Shown piece after piece: positions 1 to 5,706 of a DNA stretch of 7,011 bases. The notes below the pieces were generated by a model that did no database searches, was not told the origin of the DNA, and worked only from the letters and a program-made list of their open reading frames with translations. How positions within the stretch are numbered: position 1 is the first letter of the stretch; every line of letters starts with the position of its first letter. This DNA is from a virus (taxonomy: Duplodnaviria > Heunggongvirae > Uroviricota > Caudoviricetes), in IMG/VR virus record IMGVR_UViG_2648501165_000013, positions 1 through 7,011 of that record; one strand, given 5' to 3'. A program made the position numbers and the translations under genes.

Positions 1-1236
1 CTACGATAGCCGCGCATTCAACATGGCTACCTGTTCGTCGTTCATATCATCAATCCACATACCGTAAATTTCATACACCATCTGCGCAGTTTCATGCCCC
101 ATCTGGCTGGCTATAAATGCCGGGTTCGCTCCTGCCGTCAACAGCCAGCAGGCAAAAGTATGCCGCGTATGGTACGGATTACGGCGGCGAATACCAGCAC
201 GTTTTACTGCTGCATTCCACCTTGCCCCCAAACTGCTTACCGAGTAATAAGGTTTCTGTTTTCCGTTACACACCCTGGGCATGAAAACAAAATGCAGTTT
301 TTGCTTTTCGGTTCTGCCGTACTCCCGATGATAAAAGGTGATTTCGCTTTTGCGATGATGCCCGGTCAGTTTGTATTGCTCCTTCAGTGCTTCAAGAGCA
401 GGATGCAGTAATGTTACTGTCCGGATCCCGGCATTTGTTTTTGGGGGACCGAACATATCCAGTATCGTCAGGTTTCTTCTGACATTCACAGTTCCCTTCT
501 CGAAATCCACATCCTCCCACGCCAGAGCTGCCAGTTCCCCGTGACGAAGCCCGGAGTAAACGGCAAATTTCCACAAGTTTTGGCTCTGTCCTTTTTCACT
601 TTCCATTAATGCATTGAATTCTGTTTTAGATAACGGGTCAGGCTTTATTCTGTTTCGCTGTAATTTTTTTACTCCTTCAAATGGTTTGGTTGATATAAAT
701 CCCGACTGATACGCAAAACGTAACAGCGAACAGAGCAGGGCGATATAGTTATCAACTGTGCGCACGGTTCTTCCTTTTTTGTTGGATCTTGGATTATCCA
801 GGTAAAGCGTTTCTCCATGCAGCAGTTCATTCCGGTAGTTTAAGATATCGCTATAACGAATATATGATATCGGGGTACTTTCACAAATTATTATTCTGAG
901 TGTTTTTAATTGTGATTTCGTTTTCTTCATTGTGTTTGTTGTTAACTCTGTCTCTTTAATTTTTGTCCAGATATCACAAAGCTCCCCGAACGTTTTTATG
1001 ACTCTCGTTGTCACCATTTTTGCCCCAGTGCTGGACTGGGGAAAACGTCTTAAATACTCAAATTCACCGGAGTTTATTTCATGAACTATCAGCGCTCTTA
1101 AATTTCCGGCCTTTTTAATATTACTGTTTGTAATCTCCCAGCCTTTTAATGTTTCCCGACATCGTTTTCCTCGAAACATGAACCAGATGCGAATGTTTCT
1201 ACCTCTAATCTCGACACCTGTTGGTAATTTAGACAT
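1..1236 (-). CDS. intR: Tyrosine-type site-specific integrase, Rac prophage IntR-like (411 aa)
   Basis: Complete minus-strand ORF (ATG at 1236-1234, TAG at 3-1). Translation starts MSKLPTGVEIRGRNIRIWF and has C-terminal tyrosine-recombinase signatures (GLRHGEL, HTRHTFA, GHETAQMVYEIY with a candidate catalytic Tyr). Matches my recollection of E. coli K-12 Rac IntR. Its start lies 1 nt past the xisR stop, suggesting translational coupling. Confidence 0.92.
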   Translation of the reverse strand: MSKLPTGVEIRGRNIRIWFMFRGKRCRETLKGWEITNSNIKKAGNLRALIVHEINSGEFEYLRRFPQSSTGAKMVTTRVIKTFGELCDIWTKIKETELTTNTMKKTKSQLKTLRIIICESTPISYIRYSDILNYRNELLHGETLYLDNPRSNKKGRTVRTVDNYIALLCSLLRFAYQSGFISTKPFEGVKKLQRNRIKPDPLSKTEFNALMESEKGQSQNLWKFAVYSGLRHGELAALAWEDVDFEKGTVNVRRNLTILDMFGPPKTNAGIRTVTLLHPALEALKEQYKLTGHHRKSEITFYHREYGRTEKQKLHFVFMPRVCNGKQKPYYSVSSLGARWNAAVKRAGIRRRNPYHTRHTFACWLLTAGANPAFIASQMGHETAQMVYEIYGMWIDDMNDEQVAMLNARLS

Positions 1237-1237
1237 A

Positions 1238-1453
1238 TCATGAGTCTTTGATAAACTGATTTATCTTTGGATAGTTGTACCAGATAATCCCTCGTTTGCT
1301 GTCTGGCTTACCTAAAGGAGATACTCGTTTGAAGTGGAAGCCCTCCACCCAACAGTTCTGGCGGTATGCTTCAATTTGTCTGGCCCCCAGACCAGTGCGA
1401 AGCATCAGGCCGTATTCAACCATCCACTCTTCATTAAAGATTACTTGTGCCAT
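1238..1453 (-). CDS. xisR: Excisionase-like protein, XisR/YdaQ (71 aa)
   Basis: Minus-strand ORF translating [71 protein letters not shown], ending TGA at 1240-1238. ATG at 1453-1451 is preceded by GAGGTGA about 5 nt upstream. The ORF-track version (to 1477) starts at a TTG with no better ribosome-binding site, so the ATG is preferred. Position directly upstream of intR fits an excisionase. Confidence 0.8.
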   Translation of the reverse strand: MAQVIFNEEWMVEYGLMLRTGLGARQIEAYRQNCWVEGFHFKRVSPLGKPDSKRGIIWYNYPKINQFIKDS

Positions 1454-1467
1454 CGCATCACCTCTGG

Positions 1468-1500
1468 CAGGCGCCAATGTTAGACTGAAATTGACGCCTG
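1468..1500. promoter_or_regulatory. Imperfect inverted repeat (11-bp arms, 11-bp spacer) in the xisR-intR upstream region
   Basis: caggcgccaat (1468-1478) and attgacgcctg (1490-1500) are reverse complements with one mismatch. The repeat sits 15-47 nt upstream of the xisR start, in the only sizeable intergenic gap (1454-1552). No T-run follows on either strand, so an operator is more likely than a terminator. Confidence 0.25.
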
Positions 1501-1552
1501 ATGTTGATTATTAATAATCAGCTATGAAGTTTTAATTTGAATACAATGCAAT

Positions 1553-1712
1553 TCACGAGGACTGAAGTTTCTCGCAATTAAAATTTATCAGTTTTACTTT
1601 CTGCTCTCTGGAAACGCCTGCTTCTTTTTTACCTGAGAGCATTTTTTCGCATTCTGATTTCGTTAGTTTAGATTTTGAATATCTTGTCCAGTTAGTAGGA
1701 GTGCCACCTTCC
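1553..1712 (-). CDS. Small hypothetical protein at the position of Rac ydaC; 5' end lost in the N run
   Basis: Minus-strand frame open from the N run down to TGA at 1555-1553, translating ...EGGTPTNWTRYSKSKLTKSECEKMLSGKKEAGVSREQKVKLINFNCEKLQSS. It lies between ralR and xisR as ydaC does in K-12 Rac. The start codon cannot be located because 1713-1722 is N. I do not recognise the protein sequence itself. Confidence 0.5.
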
Positions 1713-1722
1713 NNNNNNNNNN
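1713..1722. other. Run of 10 N (gap or masked bases)
   Basis: Ten consecutive n characters; separates the ydaC-position ORF from the ralR stop. Confidence 1.
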
Positions 1723-1735
1723 TGTAGCGGTAATT

Positions 1736-1942
1736 TTATACATGAACGCCTCCATTAATATTTTCAGTGGTTCGTTTATCCCATCTTTCGAGCGCTTCTT
1801 TTTCACTTCCACCATAGCCAGTTCGGGATTCGCATCCGTTGCATTTTGCCCGGTAATATCATGAAATGTCTTTCACCGTTACTGATGGACAACCACAAAA
1901 CGGACATGGTTTAACATCGTCATATCTCAAAGTTTTTGTCAT
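1736..1942 (-). pseudogene. ralR: ralR (Lar-family restriction-alleviation protein / RalR DNase toxin) interrupted by an in-frame TGA at codon 28
   Basis: Minus-strand frame from ATG 1942-1940 reads MTKTLRYDDVKPCPFCGCPSVTVKDIS, then TGA (1861-1859), then continues in the same frame as YYRAKCNGCESRTGYGGSEKEALERWDKRTTENINGGVHV to TAA at 1738-1736. Cys pairs on both sides of the stop (CPFCGC and CNGC) indicate one ancestral 68-codon gene. An alternative in-frame ATG at 1969-1967 has a better ribosome-binding site. Confidence 0.7.
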
Positions 1943-1986
1943 AAAAACTATCTCACGTTGGCGGTGCATTACACCGCCTGGCTGAA

Positions 1987-2796
1987 TTATTCTTCTGAAT
2001 TATCGATTACACTGTATTCCCCGGTTAATACAGAGGAGTCTGCCGGATCGATTGTCAGTGGTTCCTTTTCATCCATTGATACTGCACGCTGGATTTCAAT
2101 TGAGACAGGCAGGTATTTAAACAGGCGACGAATAGCCGTTTTTTTTGCCATTTCTTCCCAGTGAGTTACCCACGGCCCGTTATTACCTGCCTTACTCTGG
2201 CTGCGCACCAGTTCAATCTGTTTGCGCGTCATAACTTCAAACTGAGTCCCTCCGTCTTTCAGTCTTGCGACAGCATAGACGTGGGTCACTGGTGCATCTT
2301 CGTTTTCTCCCGGGCGGTGTATTAACTTTTCATCAAGGCCAAATTCGAAGCTAAACTCGTCACCTTCACGGACAACACGGGCTGACAGGCTGGCGATTTG
2401 ACCAGAACGGCGAGCCAGATCAATCATGCCGCGATAGCCAATGATTAGCTGAACGTTCTTTTTACCGCTCTTTTCGTTTTTATTACCAAAAGGCAGTAAA
2501 TATGCGTGGCCAAGGGCGCTACCTGGCTCAAGGCCGAGCTGTGAACACTGTACGATTGCACTGACAAAACTCATAGTGTCACAGTTTCCTAACGCTGGAA
2601 CGTTACGAATTTCTGTGGTGGCGATACGGATCATACGTTCAGCCGTCATATGGCGTGGAAGAGCTGCTGCCAGTTGCTCTTTCATTGATGGCTGGTTAAT
2701 AAAACTAATCACGTCGTTATTTTTAACTGCTGCTGGTGCACGGTTTCCCTGAGTTTTTTGCAGATCGGCTTTTGCGATTGGTGGTTGCTTAGTCAT
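1987..2796 (-). CDS. recT: RecT single-strand annealing protein (269 aa)
   Basis: Minus-strand ORF translating [50 protein letters not shown]...VIDNSEE, matching my recollection of K-12 RecT. ATG at 2796-2794 is preceded by AGGA. The start overlaps the recE stop (ATGACTAA); the ORF-track N-terminal extension to 2853 is recE 3' sequence in another frame. Confidence 0.95.
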   Translation of the reverse strand: MTKQPPIAKADLQKTQGNRAPAAVKNNDVISFINQPSMKEQLAAALPRHMTAERMIRIATTEIRNVPALGNCDTMSFVSAIVQCSQLGLEPGSALGHAYLLPFGNKNEKSGKKNVQLIIGYRGMIDLARRSGQIASLSARVVREGDEFSFEFGLDEKLIHRPGENEDAPVTHVYAVARLKDGGTQFEVMTRKQIELVRSQSKAGNNGPWVTHWEEMAKKTAIRRLFKYLPVSIEIQRAVSMDEKEPLTIDPADSSVLTGEYSVIDNSEE

Positions 2797-3798
2797 TTGC
2801 ATATTCCTTAGCCCAGCGGGGCAGTGATAACGTCTTAATAGCTGGCCATTCATCGGTATTGAGGCAGTCAGCCAGGGTCCTCAGATTGCGGTGATATTCC
2901 TGCTGGCCTGCCAGTTTTGCTTCTTCGCCCATCATGAAAATCTCAATCGGGTAACGTCCGCATTCAACAGTTGTGCTGGCAACCAGAAAAACGAAAGTTG
3001 GCAGCACACCAAACTGTGCTTCATAACCGTCACTGTAGAATGCATCCTGAACGTGATAGCGGTAGTCGTAATAAGCCGTTTTGAATCGTTGAATATCCGC
3101 TGTGGTTTTCACGTCCATGATCCAGTGAAATTCAGGAATAATTTTGTCCGGACGGCACCGACACAAAATTCCTGTTTCCGGATCTTCCCAGTAAATTGAT
3201 GATTCAGCGTGTCCGGCGCTTTCCACAAGCCATTGACCCAGCGGCAAAGCCATAACGCTCTGATACATGAGTTCAATTTTCCGGCCTTCTTCGGCAGTGA
3301 TAACCGTTTTTCCTGTGCTTGCGCATTCCATCAGAAACGCTTTCTCTTCTTCTTTTCCGGCGTTTGTACGGCGGTTAAATTCAGGTGCTACGATAAAGCG
3401 GTTACTGAATTCTTCCGGTTCAAGTACACGGCAGTGGAAAGCGGTTCCTAAATCGAGCGTTTTTGTCTTTGTGGTGTCCACAGGGGCATTTTTACGCCAC
3501 AAATACAGCGCCGGAGTATCAGCAATGTCGTCGAGCTGAGACTTACTGACACCGGGACCCGCGTGGTAATTCTCATTCGAAATTCCGTAATAAATACCAG
3601 GCTCTATGTCTCCTGCGATTACGGGATCTGCGACTTCGCCAGTTTCATCACTGCAATCGCGATGCAGATCGCTGCCAGCATTCTCATTGTGCGGATGTTC
3701 AGGGCCTTCCATTTCCTCCGGCTCTTTTTCCTGAGATTCATCCAGATTTTCTTCATTAAAGGTTTCCTGATACGTTGCGTCGCCCATCACCGCACCAC
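2789..3798 (-). CDS. recE: recE 3' portion: exonuclease VIII C-terminal nuclease domain (about 336 codons); 5' side ends at an N run
   Basis: Minus-strand frame reads [60 protein letters not shown]...[24 protein letters not shown]...[11 protein letters not shown], ending TAA at 2791-2789. The PDK...IMDVK pattern fits a PD-(D/E)XK nuclease and the C-terminal sequence matches my recollection of K-12 RecE. Upstream of 3799 the ORF-track frame is not RecE. Confidence 0.9.
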
Positions 3799-3808
3799 NN
3801 NNNNNNNN
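3799..3808. other. Run of 10 N (gap or masked bases)
   Basis: Ten n characters exactly at the switch from recE sequence to bet sequence. Confidence 1.
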
Positions 3809-3950
3809 GCAGTGCGATAAACTGCGCATCGCTGGCATTGCCTTTAAATGCCGTCTGGCGAAGAGTGGCGATCAGTTCCTGCGGGTCGACAGTATCCATG
3901 CCGACACGTTCAGCCAGCTTCCCGGCCAGTGTTGCAAGTGCTGTACTCAT
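3809..3950 (-). pseudogene. bet: 5' fragment of bet (lambda Red-beta family annealing protein), first 47 codons only
   Basis: ATG at 3950-3948 with GAGGT about 9 nt upstream. Translation MSTALATLAGKLAERVGMDTVDPQELIATLRQTAFKGNASDAQFIAL matches the lambda Bet N-terminus as I recall it. The frame runs into the N run and then continues out of frame over recE sequence ([13 protein letters not shown], stop at 3758-3756). Confidence 0.8.
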
Positions 3951-3955
3951 TTGTT

Positions 3956-4255
3956 TTATACCTCTGAATCAATATCAACCTGGTGGTGAGCAATGGTTTC
4001 AACCATGTACCGGATGTGTTCTGCCATGCGTTCCTGAAATTCAACATCGTCATCAAATGCGCGACTGATTGCCTGTTTGCTGGCACCGTGGCGTTGCAAA
4101 TGGTCGATGCAGAGCGATTCAAACAGGTGCTGAGGCAGACCTTTTTCCAGGTCGTCCGCCAGTTCCGTTTCTTTTTCTTCGCGAACGATCTTCTGGTAGT
4201 GGCGTGACCATGCCAGCTCTTCAATGCGATCAAAAATCGGGCATGTGCTCATCAT
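3956..4255 (-). CDS. gam: Gam-like RecBCD inhibitor, short GamS-type form (99 aa)
   Basis: Minus-strand ORF translating [99 protein letters not shown]. The C-terminal 75 residues are near-identical to lambda Gam as I recall it; the N-terminus is divergent. A stop lies two codons upstream in frame, and the gene ends 5 nt before the bet ATG, the same gam-then-bet order as lambda. Confidence 0.85.
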   Translation of the reverse strand: MMSTCPIFDRIEELAWSRHYQKIVREEKETELADDLEKGLPQHLFESLCIDHLQRHGASKQAISRAFDDDVEFQERMAEHIRYMVETIAHHQVDIDSEV

Positions 4256-4373
4256 CTGTTACCCCAAAATTTTCAAGTTTGTTTGCGATCATCATTGCAA
4301 TACCCGGAATTAATGGCGCTGAGGCTATACCTGCAGGATTCGCACATAAACCGTAAACCGCCGCAATCACCAC
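4230..4373 (-). CDS. Hypothetical small hydrophobic protein (47 aa if GTG start) overlapping the gam start; may instead be the C-terminal tail of a longer recE-like ORF
   Basis: Frame reads [47 protein letters not shown] to TGA at 4232-4230. It has a transmembrane-like hydrophobic core and overlaps gam by 26 nt, the position kil occupies in lambda. There is no in-frame ATG with a ribosome-binding site; the frame is continuous upstream with the recE-like RDCSDETGE codons. Confidence 0.3.
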   Translation of the reverse strand: MVIAAVYGLCANPAGIASAPLIPGIAMMIANKLENFGVTDDEHMPDF

Positions 4374-4444
4374 TTGTCTTTTCCAGTCGAGTTTTTCTAA
4401 TGATGAAGCTGTTGCTTCGCCAGTTTCATCACTGCAATCGCGAT

Positions 4445-4454
4445 NNNNNNNNNN
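4445..4454. other. Run of 10 N (gap or masked bases)
   Basis: Ten n characters inside the recE-like acidic linker, between VRENE and RDCSDETGE. Confidence 1.
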
Positions 4455-4556
4455 CTCATTTTCCCGAACTTCAACCTGATTCTCGTCATCGAATGTTTCC
4501 TGATATGTTGCGTCGCCCATCACCGCACCACAGTCAGGGCAGTTATCCCCGCCAGA

Positions 4557-4719
4557 CTGACCGCAGGCGGTGCAAACTTTCTCCGTTTCCTGTTGTTGCA
4601 CTACTGGCTCAGGCTGTTTCGTTTCTGGCTCGTTTTGTTGCGTATTTTGGTCGTTCTGTTCCGTTTCTGGCTGATTCTGGTATATAGAGTCGCGGGTCTG
4701 GATCCCCTTAACCCATTTC
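4557..4719. repeat. Diverged direct repeat, copy 2 of a ~160-bp recE module ([10 protein letters not shown]...CTACGQ)
   Basis: Aligns to 4731-4890 with a 3-bp length difference and roughly 75% amino-acid identity ([54 protein letters not shown] versus [53 protein letters not shown]). Confidence 0.8.
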
Positions 4720-4729
4720 NNNNNNNNNN
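4720..4729. other. Run of 10 N (gap or masked bases)
   Basis: Ten n characters exactly between the two copies of the ~160-bp module. Confidence 1.
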
Positions 4730-4730
4730 T

Positions 4731-4890
4731 CTGACCGCAGGCATTGCAGACTATTTCCGGTTTCTGTTGCACTACTGGTTCAGGTTGTTTCACATCCGGG
4801 CTGGTTTTTACAGTTTCTGGCGTGTTTTGTTCCGTTTCTGGCTGGTTCTGGTACACAGAGTCGCGAGTCTGGATCCCCTTTACCCATTTC
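4731..4890. repeat. Diverged direct repeat, copy 1 of the ~160-bp recE module ([10 protein letters not shown]...CNACGQ)
   Basis: See its partner at 4557-4719. Confidence 0.8.
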
Positions 4891-4914
4891 GGATCGTTCG
4901 GGTCGCTAATCCCT

Positions 4915-5706
4915 TCAACGAACTCACCACGCGAAGCAGCCAGTAATTTGTCTGCATCGACAGGATTTTTGGGCGGAATGTTTTTCCGGGCTTCATGGAG
5001 TTCTGCCCGCAGTTTCTGATATTTTTCATCAACAGAATTTACCTGTGACTGAGCATCCAGCGGCTGCGTGTCCTGATGATGTTCAGTTGCATCCGGTTCC
5101 ACTGTTTCAGCCGTTGCCTGTTCATCTGCCATTGCGCAAGATGGTTGCAGTTTTTCTTCATCATCCTGTTTTTCTTCTTCTGTTACACGCTGCGGCATCG
5201 GGGCAGAGGAACGACCGCAGGCAATATCCACGATTTCTGGATCAGGGTTGGCATGATCAGTTTCAGTCAGTACTTTGTTCAGATATTCAGTGACGTGCGC
5301 GGGGATGACCTCGATCCCAATTGGTGCTTCTTTCACGGACGCAACCACGATGGCGCGGGAATAATCCAGCCCGCCAGGCATGGTGATGAATTTGTCGCGG
5401 AAAACAGAAAAGGGTGGTTTATTTTCAGCGATAATTTCCTCGACACGTTTAGCGTGTGCCGGATGAAGGTTATAAATGTCCACGTCCATTGAACGAGCCA
5501 GTACGCCAGTGGCTACGTCGCGCGCCAGTGACGTCAGATCGTGAACGAAACCTTCGCCGCGATCGGTGAGGTTCCCGCCGCCAGCATTAGCGCCGGAAGC
5601 CGTGCGCGTGATGCGTGAAACACGATTTCCTTTTCGCCATTCTTTTGTCAGAAGACCGCGATCAATGTGTTCGGTATCCAGCCAGGCTGAAATGAAATTC
5701 TTAAAT
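4915..5706. repeat. Direct repeat copy A (~792 bp) of recE coding sequence
   Basis: Aligns base for base at an offset of 802 with 5717-6508. About 475 bp (4936-5410) is essentially identical (one difference seen), the next ~300 bp is about 93% identical, and 4915-4935 differs at every third position (wobble sites). The plus-strand ORF-track entries 5045..5293 and 5847..6095 have identical translations. Confidence 0.95.

Larger units (their letters stand above)
4415..5706 (-). pseudogene. recE: recE-derived internal segment (second copy of the region equivalent to roughly the middle third of RecE), with no start codon of its own
   Basis: Minus-strand frame reads [35 protein letters not shown]...[35 protein letters not shown]...CNACGQ, then (across N runs) [14 protein letters not shown]...[41 protein letters not shown] and RDCSDETGE. 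This is RecE-like throughout. The only Met at the 5' end of the ORF-track call (5834) lies in out-of-frame sequence of the other copy. Confidence 0.7.

Noticed and set aside
94-411. Plus-strand ORF (105 aa) and minus-strand ORF 392..574 (60 aa) inside the intR region
   Set aside because: Both lie wholly within the well-supported intR coding sequence, on the opposite strand or in another frame, with no recognisable motifs or ribosome-binding site.
1238-1477. Longer xisR version starting at TTG 1477-1475 (79 aa, ORF track)
   Set aside because: The ATG at 1453 has a GAGGTGA ribosome-binding site at correct spacing and gives the 71-aa protein I recall; the TTG has no better signal.
1275-1514. 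Plus-strand ORF (79 aa) antisense to xisR
   Set aside because: Antisense to a recognisable excisionase gene, no start context and a low-complexity translation; treated as a chance ORF.
1859-1861. The in-frame TGA in ralR read as selenocysteine or programmed readthrough
   Set aside because: No evidence for a selenocysteine insertion element or any recoding signal. A nonsense mutation or base-call error is far more likely.
1987-2853. Extended recT start at 2853 (288 aa, ORF track)
   Set aside because: The extra 19 codons are recE 3' coding sequence read in another frame. RecT as I recall it starts MTKQPPIAK at 2796, which has an AGGA site and overlaps the recE stop.
2891-3539. Plus-strand ORFs 2891..3199, 3209..3451 and 3267..3539
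   Set aside because: All are antisense to the recE nuclease-domain coding sequence, with hydrophobic or low-complexity translations and no start signals.
3563-4233. Plus-strand ORFs 3563..3820, 3775..4068, 3983..4207 and minus-strand ORF 3910..4233 in the gam/bet region
   Set aside because: These overlap the strongly supported gam and bet frames, on the other strand or in other frames; several also run through the N run.
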